A DNA stretch of 63,861 nt, the filler included, from Octopus bimaculoides (Eukaryota), in NCBI RefSeq assembly GCF_001194135.2. It is 4 parts of 4 records of this genome, joined end to end, with 100 filler letters (N's around TTAATTAATTAA, not from the genome) between each part and the next. Parts side by side here need not be neighbours in the genome. Positions count along the whole stretch, not along the records: positions 21,549 to 40,956 come from NC_068997.1; 3 more parts are not named here. One strand, 5' to 3'. The translations under genes were made by a program, and so were the position numbers. The notes beneath the pieces are model-generated. The model was not told where the DNA came from, did no database searches, and worked only from the letters and a program-made list of their open reading frames with translations. Below are positions 26,696 through 39,532 of the stretch, piece after piece; within the stretch, counting starts at the first letter, position 1, and every line of letters begins with the position of its first letter.

Positions 26696-26966
26696 GATTA
26701 ATACCAGTTGTTGTGCTATGTCTGGCTATTCCTAGCGTTATAGATTTCATCTCTATGATCAGGGGTAACATAAGGTTTGATTGAAATATATACCGACTTT
26801 CACTAGAGTTTGTCTGAAATTCGCAGAAACATGTTTTGACTAATTGTTAACTATAATTATATATACGTAGATTTAATTATAGTGTAGAGTCAGTCAAAAC
26901 ATGATTCTCCAAATATCTATGTGTACATTACACATGCGTGTGTGTGCATACATACATACATACATT

Positions 26967-27008
<42 letters not shown>

Positions 27009-27491
27009 TATTATATATATATATATATATTATATTATATATATATATGTATATATATANNNNNNNNNNNNNNNNNNNNNNNNNNNNNNNNNNNNNNNNN
27101 NNNNNNNNNNNNNNNNNNNNNNNNNNNNNNNNNNNNNNNNNNNNNNNNNNNNNNNNNNNNNNNNNNNNNNNNNNNNNNNNNNNNNNNNNNNNNNNNNNNN
27201 NNNNNNNNNNNNNNNNNNNNNNNNNNNNNNNNNNNNNNNNNNNNNNNNNNNNNNNNNNNNNNNNNNNNNNNNNNNNNNNNNNNNNNNNNNNNNNNNNNNN
27301 NNNNNNNNNNNNNNNNNNNNNNNNNNNNNNNNNNNNNNNATATATACGTATGTATATATCGAGAGGGAGACATTGATAGATATCTCAAATAACACTTTAT
27401 TTCAACGTTAAATACGTGTAGCTAAAATTTCTGTCGTTTGTGTACTCACTGGTATGTACGCATACACTAACACACGCGCACATCATGCTCA

Positions 27492-27531
<40 letters not shown>

Positions 27532-27879
27532 TGTGTGCATTTGTGTGTGTGCGTCTCTATATGTTTGTGTATCTCTATGTGTATGTCTGTCTGTTTGTCT
27601 GTGTCAGTCTGAGTGCATATGTGTGTGTGTGTATATATTTTCATACATATATATTCAAGCCCACATATATAAACACACCAACATACACACACATACGTAC
27701 ATACATATATACACATATATCTACACGCTTACACACGCATACACACGCACACACACGCACACACACGCACACACACCAGCAGACGTACAAACACATACAC
27801 ACATACACATATTGATGTTAATGTTTCAAATAAAATAGTTATTGCTGAGGGGGGGGCTGCATGTTGTTCTTGTTGTAGT

Positions 27880-27961
27880 TGTGGTTGTGGTGCTGGTGGT
27901 GGTGGTGGTGGTGATGTGTTGGAGCCAGTCTTGATTGGCATTGCGGTGAAGGTGGTGGCGT

Positions 27962-28018
<57 letters not shown>

Positions 28019-28105
28019 CGATGATGTGATGGTGATGGTGATGACGATGATGATGTTGACGATGATGATGATGATGATGACGATGATGATGACGATGATG
28101 ATGAC

Positions 28106-28137
<32 letters not shown>

Positions 28138-28283
28138 CGATGATGACGATGATGATGATGATGATGATGATGACGATGACGATGATGATGTGATGGTGAT
28201 GGTGATGACGATGATGATGACGATGATGATGACGATGATGATGATGACGATGATGATGACGATGATGATGACGATGATGATGG

Positions 28284-28333
<50 letters not shown>

Positions 28334-28340
28334 ATGGTGG
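27880..28340. repeat. Compound (GGT)n/(GAT)n/(GAC) trinucleotide array
   Basis: Direct. It produces the poly-His/Ser/Ile/Met ORFs in the track. Confidence 0.96.
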
Positions 28341-28584
28341 CGGCGCATAAGCAGCGTAACTGGAACACCCATGTAACCCTACTCCGAAGACAATTATGGA
28401 GAAATACAGCAAAAACGAATTGAGTTCTAATATCACATATAATAGCCGTCTTTGAACAGGAAGAGGTGGTCACGCACGGATTGATAGAGATAACTAAGAA
28501 AAACACAGTCGCTTAGTTGATAACAGCAGCAACAACAGTAACAGCAGCTGCTGCAACAACGTCTGTGACAACGACAATAACAAC

Positions 28585-28607
28585 AACTTCAATGATGATG
28601 GTGGTGG

Positions 28608-28638
<31 letters not shown>

Positions 28639-28715
28639 GGTGGTGGTGGTGGTGGTTATGACGACGACGACAACGATGACGATGACGATGATGTGATGGT
28701 GATGGTGATGAAGAC

Positions 28716-28761
<46 letters not shown>

Positions 28762-28820
28762 GTGGTAGTAGTGATGGTGGTGGTGATGGTCGTGGTGGTG
28801 GTGGTGGTGGTGGTGGTGTT
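28585..28820. repeat. Second (GAT)n/(GGT)n array
   Basis: Direct. Confidence 0.95.
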
Positions 28821-29524
28821 GAATTGGTGTTCCCTGCCAGATATGCGATAGGTGAGCGACCTTATGATGACGAAATAAAAGCATTGACAAATGTTGCACA
28901 GAGTGATAGCAAAAAAAAAGAAAAAAAGAAAAGAAAAAAGAACAACAACAGCAACAACACCACTATTAGTGGTTTCCTATTTAAGCACCAAATCAGCAAA
29001 TCGAAATTGAGAGGGAATTGAACTCGGCAAGTTTCAAACTCAGAATGCAAAGATCGAGGCAAATTAAGGATAATTGATATAGGCCCATGGTAAGCAATTT
29101 TTAGATGGTGGGAGGAATAGTCCATGCCCTTCACCGCAGTGTTCACCTCGTACGGTATTTTATCGATCTCAAATCTCGAAAGGCAATGTTGACGTTGGTG
29201 GTATTTGAACTCAAGCTGAAAAAACAAAAACAAAAGCGATTTCTGTTTCATGCACGAGGCCAGCAACTTTTGAGAGAATGGGTTAGACGACTTACAAGGG
29301 AGTGCTTCAGGGTCCCTGGCTTTGGTTAACAGTAAATAGATCAGTTAATTATGGTCTTATTCACCATATTCCACTCTTCTCGGATCCACACTCTTATTGC
29401 AGCGGTCCTTCAGTTCTTTCAAGCCCTGTAAACGAACCCGGAAGGTTGGGCCACCAGCCAGGCCTTTCGCGATACCCTTAAAACCAGGAACTTTTCAGTG
29501 CCCCGTCGTACAACACCAGTGAAT

Positions 29525-29656
29525 CAGCGAGGTAACAGAACCGTTAGCACACCAGTCAAAATGCTTAGCGGCATTTCGTCCGTCTTTACGTTCTGAGTTC
29601 AAATTCTGCCGAGGTCGACTTTGCATTTCATTTTCGAAACCGATAAATAAAGTACC
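29525..29656 (+). mobile_element. SINE family N, 5' half
   Basis: GAACCGTTAGCACACC...GAGTTCAAATTCTGCCGAGGTCGACTTTGC...AAAGTACC, then an abrupt switch to family C. Confidence 0.8.
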
Positions 29657-29657
29657 G

Positions 29658-30005
29658 TGGAGGCGCAATGGCCTAGTGTTTAGGGCAGCGGACTCGCGGT
29701 CGTAGGATCGCGGTTTCGATTCCCAGACCGGGCGTTGTGAGTGTTTATTGAGCGAAAACACCTAATGCTACATGAAGCTCCGGCAAGGGATTGTGGCGAA
29801 CCCTGCTGTACTCTTTCACCACAACTTTCTCTCACTCTTTCTCCCCGTTTCTGTTGTGCCTGTAATTCAAAGGGTCAGCTTTGTCACACTCTGTGTCGCG
29901 CTGAATCTCCCCCGAGATGTATGTTGAGGGCACACGTGTCTGTGGAGTGCTGTTCCGTTGATCGGATCAACTGGAACGCTCATCGTCGTAACCGACGGAG
30001 TGCCA
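29658..30005 (+). mobile_element. tRNA-derived SINE, family C, near full length
   Basis: TGGAGGCGCAATGGCCTAGTGTTTAGGGCAGCGG (A box), GGTTTCGATTCCC (B box), tail ending CGTCGTAACCGACGGAGTGCCA. Second copy at 40257-40653 on the minus strand. Confidence 0.85.
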
Positions 30006-31092
30006 ACCAAAAAATTCACCATTTACTTCAATATTTGCTTGGCGTTTTCTTTAAATTACTTGTTGAATAAAATTTATTGAAAAAAAAAACCGCAATAATT
30101 ATGCACCAACTTANNNNNNNNNNNNNNNNNNNNNNNNNNNNNNNNNNNNNNNNNNNNNNNNNNNNNNNNNNNNNNNNNNNNNNNNNNNNNNNNNNNNNNN
30201 NNNNNNNNNNNNNNNNNNNNNNNNNNNNNNNNNNNNNNNNNNNNNNNNNNNNNNNNNNNNNNNNNNNNNNNNNNNNNNNNNNNNNNNNNNNNNNNNNNNN
30301 NNNNNNNNNNNNNNNNNNNNNNNNNNNNNNNNNNNNNNNNNNNNNNNNNNNNNNNNNNNNNNNNNNNNNNNNNNNNNNNNNNNNNNNNNNNNNNNNNNNN
30401 NNNNNNNNNNNNNNNNNNNNNNNNNNNNNNNNNNNNNNNNNNNNNNNNNNNNNNNNNNNNNNNNNNNNNNNNNNNNNNNNNNNNNNNNNNNNNNNNNNNN
30501 NNNNNNNNNNNNNNNNNNNNNNNNNNNNNNNNNNNNNNNNNNNNNNNNNNNNNNNNNNNNNNNNNNNNNNNNNNNNNNNNNNNNNNNNNNNNNNNNNNNN
30601 NNNNNNNNNNNNNNNNNNNNNNNNNNNNNNNNNNNNNNNNNNNNNNNNNNNNNNNNNNNNNNNNNNNNNNNNNNNNNNNNNNNNNNNNNNNNNNNNNNNN
30701 NNNNNNNNNNNNNNNNNNNNNNNNNNNNNNNNNNNNNNNNNNNNNNNNNNNNNNNNNNNNNNNNNNNNNNNNNNNNNNNNNNNNNNNNNNNNNNNNNNNN
30801 NNNNNNNNNNNNNNNNNNNNNNNNNNNNNNNNNNNNNNNNNNNNNNNNNNNNNNNNNNNNNNNNNNNNNNNNNNNNNNNNNNNNNNNNNNNNNNNNNNNN
30901 NNNNNNNNNNNNNNNNNNNNNNNNNNNNNNNNNNNNNNNNNNNNNNNNNNNNNNNNNNNNNNNNNNNNNNNNNNNNNNNNNNNNNNNNNNNNNNNNNNNN
31001 NNNNNNNNNNNNNNNNNNNNNNNNNNNNNNNNNNNNNNNNNNNNNNNNNNNNNNNNNNNNNNNNNNNNNNNNNNNNNNNNNNNNNNNNNNNN

Positions 31093-31152
<60 letters not shown>

Positions 31153-31169
31153 GGACCTTGACATAGATA

Positions 31170-31719
31170 TCAGTTAATAAACTGTAAGCTGGAGGGAGAG
31201 TCTGTTTGCTTTGAGAATTTGCCAGGGAGGAATCTTACGATCTCAGAGAGAAGAGACATTTATAGCCTCTAGACAAAAAAATTTCTGAGGAGATTCTCGT
31301 GACAAATGTTGTCGAAGGATTTGGTGATGTCTACAGGAACGATGTTACTTTGGTTATTTTGTGGAAGTTGTTATATAAGAACGGAATCGTACAAGTTTTG
31401 AGAAGAGAGCCACTTGCAGCCATTTGGTAGAAGACTTTCTCAGGGGATTTTTTGTAACAAATATAGTCGAAGGATTTTGGTGATGCCCATAGCAAAGGCA
31501 TTACTTTGTGGAAGTCGTGATATGTGAAAATATGCGTGCCCGTGGGATTTAGTTCAATGGTCAACAGACTGCTAGTGAATGAGGGATAATAGGGACCATG
31601 CTGTGAGGGATTTAGGGAGTAGAGATTGTGGCAAAATGTGGGTGACTTCAATGATTTCAACTATCTTGGAGATATTGGAAGGGTGAGTGAATGACGATAT
31701 TCGACCGAGAGAGAGCGAG

Positions 31720-31756
<37 letters not shown>

Positions 31757-31762
31757 GAAGGG

Positions 31763-31837
<75 letters not shown>

Positions 31838-32640
31838 AAGAGAAAGGAATTGATCATCTTGGCAACGAAAAACACGCTATATATTATTTTTACTTGTTTA
31901 ATAGATATCTGTAGAGAGAGAAAGAGGAAGGTTGAAGAATTTGGTGAGGATGGGAACTCACACGGATGTACTTTGTTCAAGAATCATATAAGGAGCATTA
32001 TTAAAATCACTTGTCTTATTATCTATACTGAGGTGACCAAAGATATGTCTTCACTTTATCACAATAAGTCCAGGGGACAAATATTGAATCGAAAAACTGA
32101 ATACAGAACGGGTCCAAGTTGCGTTTCTTAGAAGTTTCGAACGGAACAGATTTCTGCGGGATTAATATTATTAGAGCCATCCTGATTGAAGATCAACCGT
32201 TAACGGAACTCTACTAAAGTAGTAAAGATCATCTTAATTAAGCGGCCGAAAACCCAAATCGATTTCAGAGATACGGGAACTTGGATTCGTTCGGTATCCA
32301 ATAACATCTTCCTTTAATTTGACGGTCTTTTGCATAAGAATAAGATCTTGCATTGATCGATTTCTTCAAGGTTTTGCTTTTTAAATTTGTAGAAGAACTG
32401 TGCGTAAATTCCTTAAGGTCTATTGTGGGTATTGAGTGCCATTCTGTGAGCTGCCCATCGAAATGAAATCAGACGGAAAGGAATATTATTTTCTGCCTGG
32501 AGTGCTTGCAACGAGATTCTTGAAACTTTGACACGAGTCACCTGACTTTAAATTCCAAAGAATTCGACAGAGATAATGATGTAGCGTGGGTTGTTGTCGC
32601 GAAGAGGCAAAGATGGTTCGGTCATACGTGGCAATGACAT
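31170..32640 (-). mobile_element. Non-LTR retrotransposon relic with RT motif
   Basis: 31310-31332 reads DITKSFD within NIVPVDITKSFDNICHENLLRNF (compare D.SKAFD.V.H..LL.KL). The upstream QVTRVKVSRISLQAL may be ORF1-like. Interrupted by (AG)n at 31710-31845. Confidence 0.6.
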
Positions 32641-33449
32641 CTGTATCAGAATACACTTTATCGCATTATATTTTTAGAAGAGCGGAAAATAACAAAACTG
32701 TTTATAGAATAGATATGTAACATCTAAGTAGATGGGACCAACCTAACATTTCGGTGTGGTGACTATTTAGTCTTCGTACTGGCAGCATCCGTGGAGGAAG
32801 AGTAGAGTAAACGAGAGAGGGCGGTGTATGGCTGGGAAGACGTTTGGGAATGTCGATGACATCAGAGAGAGGAGTGGAGAGATCCACGTTTCGAATGTTA
32901 GTGGGAGCTAAATAAACATTAAACGTACAGCAAGTGATGTATATATATATGAGGGCCGATAACATCAAAGTCCAATTAGAAACGAGCTGAAGCAGTTGGG
33001 GCCTCAGCAGGGATGTAACATATTGAAGAATCAACTGATGCAAGCATCATACGTGCACACACACACACACATATACACGTACACACGCACACAAACAAAC
33101 AAAGACACACACAACACACGTACACACGTACACAATCACGCACACACGCTCGTACTCACACCAGACACATACACTCACTGGTGTACAGACATATGTTGTT
33201 ATGTGTGTATATGCGTATTATGTCTGTATGTACGTATGCATATGTACATACGCATGCACATACATATATGTATAAATATATGTATGTATAGGGGTTTAGT
33301 CCCCAAAAATACAAGAGCTATTTCACCGCCTTAGTCCCCTAAAATACAAGAGCTATTTCACCGCCATGTTACTCGCAGTGTGACATCGTAGGACTGCGTT
33401 AGGACATGGCTGTAGTAAAGAAAGTGATGTTGTATACTTATTTCTACTC

Positions 33450-33632
33450 AAGGCACAAGGCCTTAAACATTTTGGGGGAAGGGGGATAGTCAATTACATC
33501 GACCCCAGTGCGTAACTGGTACTTATTTTATCGACACCGTAAGGATGAAAGGCAAAGTCGACCTCGGCGGAATTTGAACTCAAAACGTAGCGGCAGACGA
33601 AATACCGCTTAGCATTTCGCCTGGCGTGCTAG
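33450..33632 (-). mobile_element. SINE family N
   Basis: CGACCCCAGTGCGTAACTGGTAC...GGATGAAAGGCAAAGTCGACCTCGGCGGAATTTGAACTC...CTGGCGTGCTA. Confidence 0.85.
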
Positions 33633-33637
33633 TAATA

Positions 33638-33960
33638 GGAGCACTCCGTCGATTACGACGACGAGGGTCCCATCAGATACGATCAACGGAACAGCTTGCT
33701 CGTGAAATTAACGTACAAGTGGCTGAGCACTCCACAGACACGTGTACCCCTAACGTAGTCCTCGGGGAGATTCAGCGTAACACAGAGTGTGATAAGGCTG
33801 ACCCTTTGAATTACAGGTACAGCTCATTTTTGCCAGCTGAGTGGACTGAAGCAACGTGAAATAAAGTGTCTTGCTCAAGGACAAAATGCGTCACCGGGAA
33901 TTGAAACCACGACCTTACGATCGTGAGCCGAATACCCTAACCACTGAGCCACGCACCTTC
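33638..33960 (-). mobile_element. tRNA-derived SINE, family D (CORE-like middle, tail shared with family C)
   Basis: Reverse complement: GAAGGTGCGTGGCTCAGTGGTTAGGG...GGTTTCAATTCCC...GTCCTTGAGCAAGACACTTTATTTCACG..., then the same tail as at 29860-30005. Confidence 0.8.
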
Positions 33961-34096
33961 GCTAGTGATGCTGTATAATGTNNNNNNNNNNAAACCACGA
34001 CCTTACGATCGTGAGCCGAATACCCTAACCACTGAGCCACGCACCTTCGCTAGTGATGCTGTATAATGTATACGTAAAATAGAATGGTGTGCATGT

Positions 34097-34143
<47 letters not shown>

Positions 34144-34549
34144 TAGTATGCTGTATGCCGTGTGTAAAGGTATATGTTGTGTGTATATGTGAGTACGCAG
34201 TGAATTCTGTGTGTGTTTATATGTTACATTTTGTATAGTGTGTGTTGTATATTTGTGTACGTATGTCGTGTGTAATGTATGCAGCATGTTAATAGTGTGT
34301 GTGTGTGCGTGTGTGTGTGTGTATGTACGTGTGCATGTGTGTGCGTGTTAAGCATGAAATGTACGTCGTGTATATTTAGTGTGAGTGTGTATGTGTGCAG
34401 TGAGCTATACTATGCTCACTGTGTATATGTTGTGCATTTGTGTGTGTGACATTTGTAAGGCATTCGGTATAAATCTAGAGTGTGCGTGTGTGTGTGTGTG
34501 TGTGTGTATGTGTGTGCGTATGCGCGTTTATGTGTGTGGTTTATAAGTA

Positions 34550-34584
<35 letters not shown>

Positions 34585-34829
34585 AAGAGAGAGGATATAC
34601 GTGGCGTGATGAGGATTCAGTAAAAGACTGTGTAGGTGAGAGAGAGAGAGAGACAGACAGACGGACAGAGACAGACAGACAGACAGTCAGACAGACAAAC
34701 AGATAGACGGAGATAGAGAGAGAGAGGAAGAGAGAGAGAGATGTTTTCAGGATATATGTGTAGGATGTTCTGAAATACCCGTGGGAAAATACCTCTCACC
34801 TTCCCTTTTTCCACCACAGTAATATCGGA

Positions 34830-34904
34830 ACCACCACCACCACCAACACCACCACCACTACTACTACTACTAATACTACTACCACCACCACCACTACTAC
34901 TACA

Positions 34905-34940
<36 letters not shown>

Positions 34941-34950
34941 GCTACTACTA
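34830..34950. repeat. (ACC)n/(ACT)n microsatellite
   Basis: Direct. Confidence 0.95.
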
Positions 34951-35255
34951 CACAACCGCCATCAACAAAAACATCAACATCTCGAAGACATCTCAACATC
35001 CTTTCTTGTGTACTTATTTATTTTTGTTTATTTCATGAAAGTATTAGTTCGAGGTGTCGCAGTTACTCAACTCCAGATGGAATCGGATTGTTAACTTAGA
35101 ATCGTTCCAATAATTTGGAGTGCAAGTACGGCTATGCGGTTAAGGATTTGGCTACATACCTGAGCCCAAAGTTCGTACTTCCATCTCACGCTGCAGACCC
35201 TTGGACGCCTATTTCATAATCAAAGCTTTCAATTGTTTTCTTTCCATCTCCAATT

Positions 35256-35471
35256 TTAAACCCCTTTGTTGCCATATTTCTATTGAGATAATCTGTTTGT
35301 TTTTTTTTCAGTTAATTCTAAATATAACTTAGTTACCATTAAGCTAGTGTTAGGAACATAGATTGTGACTAAGGTTTGTTGGAAGATTTTAATTCAGAAC
35401 TTTTGAAAACAAGACATTTTGTACTACAGAGCCAGGAGCAATTTCAGCTGGGTTGGTATCAAAAGGGTTAA
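35256..35471. mobile_element. piggyBac-type MITE (TTAA/CCC...GGG/TTAA), with a partial second copy at 35495-35610
   Basis: Left TTAAACCCCTTTGTTGCC; right GGTATCAAAAGGGTTAA. The first ~110 bp recur at 35495. Confidence 0.7.
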
Positions 35472-35638
35472 GAATTGTTTCTCTATTATATATTTTAACC
35501 CTTTTGTTACCATATTTCTGTTGAGATGCTCTGTGTTTCTTTCAATTAATTTTAAATATAACAAAGAATTTAGTAAAATAGCTTAGTTACAACTAAGAAC
35601 AACATTAATATACATACCGTATATATACATACTGTATA

Positions 35639-35702
<64 letters not shown>

Positions 35703-36096
35703 TATAATGGAGACATAGACAAAGAGCTAAAGACAAAGAGAGAGACATACATGATATAGCTGGAGTGACTCGGGGTATATTTAGACTTAGCGAAACCCAT
35801 CTATCTACAGTTCCGACTACAATTCATTTCTTCCAATAAGAGAGAAAGACAGATGAAACAAAGAAAGAATGGAATCGTCCGCAGTACAGGAGTGGTATTC
35901 TCTTTATTGACACACAAAGAATGAGCTGTAAAGTTGGCCTCTGCTCGATTTGAACCCAAAGCCTAGGAGAGCACATGCGATAACTAGCATAGCAATTTAT
36001 CTGACAGCCCCCACCCGAACAACTCTTACAATAGATCTCCCCCCCCCCGCCGTACATGATATGTTTACATATCTATTGACATGTAAACATATATTG

Positions 36097-36320
36097 TGGA
36101 GGCGCAATGGCTCAGTGGTTAGGGTAGTGGCAAAATGATTAGCGGCATTTCGTTCGTCTTTACGTACTGAGTTCAAATTCCGCCAAGGTTGATTTTGCTT
36201 TCCCTTCTTTCGGGGTCGATAGAAATAAATACTTGTTGAACTCTGGAGGTGGAGGAACCATGTCATCGACTTACCTCTCCCCTAAAATTACTGGTCTTGT
36301 ACCAAAATTTGAAACTAATA
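36097..36320 (+). mobile_element. Chimeric SINE: family C head joined to family N body
   Basis: TGGAGGCGCAATGGCTCAGTGGTTAGGG joined to AAATGATTAGCGGCATTTCGTTCGTCTTTACGTACTGAGTTCAAATTCCGCC...CCTTCTTTCGGGGTCGAT. Confidence 0.72.
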
Positions 36321-37944
36321 CACCCACATATATACATATACTAACATAAATACATATAAACATAACACACAGACACATTTGCACACTTGCACGCGCGTGA
36401 ACCCGGGCGCTTCTGCAGATTCCGAACTCTGGCCGTAAAAGACTCCGGGCCAAATGCCATTGGCCACAGAACTTGTCTGGTAATATATTTATCGCGAATG
36501 ATGGGATGAAAGACAAAGTTGACCTCGGCGTGATTTGAAAACGGAATGCAAAGAACCGTATCCTAAGCAATATTCTGTGTCACAAATCATGTTCGCAAGT
36601 AAACATTGTAATTTAACTCTATCTGATTTCGAACATCTGTTACCTGTATTTTCTTGTCGCTGATTTGATAAGGTGATACTTTCAGGGTCATTTTGGTACG
36701 CAACAACTTGTTACACAATATACGATATATATATGCACATATAAATATAAATACATGACTATACACAAACATATATATATATGTATATATGTATATGTAT
36801 ATATGCGTATATATACGCATATAGAAATATATATACACATATAGATATATACATATGCATATATATATATATATATATATATATAGATATACATACATAC
36901 AGGCATATGTTTAAATACATGTCTTCAAATATATATTTATGTACATATACGTTTATATATGCGTATGTATGCATGTATACATGTATACATATGTATATAC
37001 CTATATATATATGTATATATGCATGTATGTATGTATGTATGTATACATGTAGGCATATATATATGTATATATGTATATATATATATATATGTCTGTGTGT
37101 GTGTGTGTGTGTGTATACATACTTTATAGATTAAAGACAGGTATTATCTGTATAGAATACACTTCGTAGTAGTCAAAAAATTTGAGCAGGTGTAGGAGTA
37201 AATGGAAGGAAAAGCATGTTAGGCAGTTCAATTTAAACAGAATATTATAAATACATTTAATGCCAAAAGTGTATATATATATGTGTGTGTGTGTGTATAA
37301 TATTATTAAACAAGAAGATGGAGAGATTTAATGGATAAAATTAATTTATTAAAAGAGTGCCTACAATTGTCTCAATTCACACTTAATTGAAGATTTTGAG
37401 TGGAATATCATCAGGCCGAAAGGACATTAAGGAAGTTACATGTTGACCAGTTGAGACATTTTAACAGACAAGGCTAGAGAAACTTCGATTATAGGTGTGT
37501 GCCATCAGGACCGACCTGGGGTTAAGCAAAATCTGTTTCTATGAAACAACAACACGAAATCACAACAGAAGATGTAAATAAACGATAAGGATTGAAGAAA
37601 TACGGTTATCTTCATAAAGATATTTAACCAGGTTATCGTAGTGACTATACTGATAAATACTACCCATACGACTGATAGATACATATATACATTCGTAAAT
37701 ACCTGTGGTAGAAGCATACATGTAAACATGTAAACATATGGCTAACACACGCATTTATGAATATATATACACAAATAAACAAATATTCAGAGAAATGGTT
37801 GATAAATACACAACTGTATAAACACATGCTTCTGTTTGGTAAACAACTACACATCCGCGCGCGCGCACACACACACACAAATATATATATATATATATGT
37901 ATGTATACATATATATATATATGTATATATATTGAAGACCCATG

Positions 37945-38250
37945 AATGACCATGGGATTTCACCTAGAAAGTTCCCCTTTGAAGCAGAAGTCCGGACAAG
38001 GTTGTTTTTCATAGAAGACCCGCAGTCGCCCATGCATACCAGCCTCCCCTGTCCATGCCACTGATGTTATCCAAGGGAAAGGCAAAGGGGTCGATACAGC
38101 TTGGCACCACTGACGTCGCAACTCATTTCTACAGGTGATTGAACTGGGGCAACGTGGAATAAAGAGTCTTGCTCAAGAACACAACACACGGCCCAACACT
38201 GCCTCGTGACTGTGAGCCTGATACTCTAACCACTGAACCATGCGTCTTTA
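37945..38250 (-). mobile_element. tRNA-derived SINE with CORE-like middle and a different tail (family E)
   Basis: Reverse-complement head GCATGGTTCAGTGGTTAGAGTATCAGGCTCACAGTC; middle GTTCTTGAGCAAGACTCTTTATTCCACGTTGCCCCAG as in family D; unrelated 3' end. Confidence 0.65.
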
Positions 38251-38493
38251 GGTTCTAATTATATATATATATATACAGCAATATAGCAGCAACAGCATAC
38301 ATACATACTTTCGGACGGATGAATATATATATATATATATATATATAACTGCATGCGCGCTTTCATACATTTTACGTGGAAATTCTCAGGGTAGGCAATA
38401 GGCATTGATAAGGTAAAGCGCATAAATGAAATGAATTGTCAACTGTGAGAAAATACGTATATGTATTTACTTTCAAACGAGTGTGGTGTGTGC

Positions 38494-38561
<68 letters not shown>

Positions 38562-39418
38562 NNNNNNNNNNNNNNNNNNNNNNNNNNNNNNNNNNNNNNN
38601 NNNNNNNNNNNNNNNNNNNNNNNNNNNNNNNNNNNNNNNNNNNNNNNNNNNNNNNNNNNNNNNNNNNNNNNNNNNNNNNNNNNNNNNNNNNNNNNNNNNN
38701 NNNNNNNNNNNNNNNNNNNNNNNNNNNNNNNNNNNNNNNNNNNNNNNNNNNNNNNNNNNNNNNNNNNNNNNNNNNNNNNNNNNNNNNNNNNNNNNNNNNN
38801 NNNNNNNNNNNNNNNNNNNNNNNNNNNNNNNNNNNNNNNNNNNNNNNNNNNNNNNNNNNNNNNNNNNNNNNNNNNNNNNNNNNNNNNNNNNNNNNNNNNN
38901 NNNNNNNNNNNNNNNNNNNNNNNNNNNNNNNNNNNNNNNNNNNNNNNNNNNNNNNNNNNNNNNNNNNNNNNNNNNNNNNNNNNNNNNNNNNNNNNNNNNN
39001 NNNNNNNNNNNNNNNNNNNNNNNNNNNNNNNNNNNNNNNNNNNNNNNNNNNNNNNNNNNNNNNNNNNNNNNNNNNNNNNNNNNNNNNNNNNNNNNNNNNN
39101 NNNNNNNNNNNNNNNNNNNNNNNNNNNNNNNNNNNNNNNNNNNNNNNNNNNNNNNNNNNNNNNNNNNNNNNNNNNNNNNNNNNNNNNNNNNNNNNNNNNN
39201 NNNNNNNNNNNNNNNNNNNNNNNNNNNNNNNNNNNNNNNNNNNNNNNNNNNNNNNNNNNNNNNNNNNNNNNNNNNNNNNNNNNNNNNNNNNNNNNNNNNN
39301 NNNNNNNNNNNNNNNNNNNNNNNNNNNNNNNNNNNNNNNNNNNNNNNNNNNNNNNNNNNNNNNNNNNNNNNNNNNNNNNNNNNNNNNNTCTCTCTCTCTC
39401 TCTCGTCCTCTCTCTCTT

Positions 39419-39490
<72 letters not shown>

Positions 39491-39532
39491 TCTCTACCTC
39501 TCTCACAAACACACATGATTGAATTCTCATAG

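Noticed and set aside
28841-28851. 11-nt micro-exon candidate (CCCTGCCAG/ATATGCGATAG/GTGAGC)
   Set aside because: No real polypyrimidine tract upstream (GGT repeat) and no partner exon.
27729-28899. His/Ser/Ile/Met homopolymer ORFs resembling His-rich structural proteins
   Set aside because: All frames on both strands are open because of (GAT)/(GGT) microsatellites. No start context or splice support for the repeat part.
29658-29725. tRNA-like sequence with A and B boxes
   Set aside because: It is a SINE head: no acceptor-stem closure, and it continues into a repeated SINE body.
33296-33365. CRISPR-like repeat length (35 bp)
   Set aside because: Only two units, no spacer, no cas genes, eukaryotic context.
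33904-34069. Exact 78-bp duplication around a 10-N gap
   Set aside because: Typical unmerged contig overlap.
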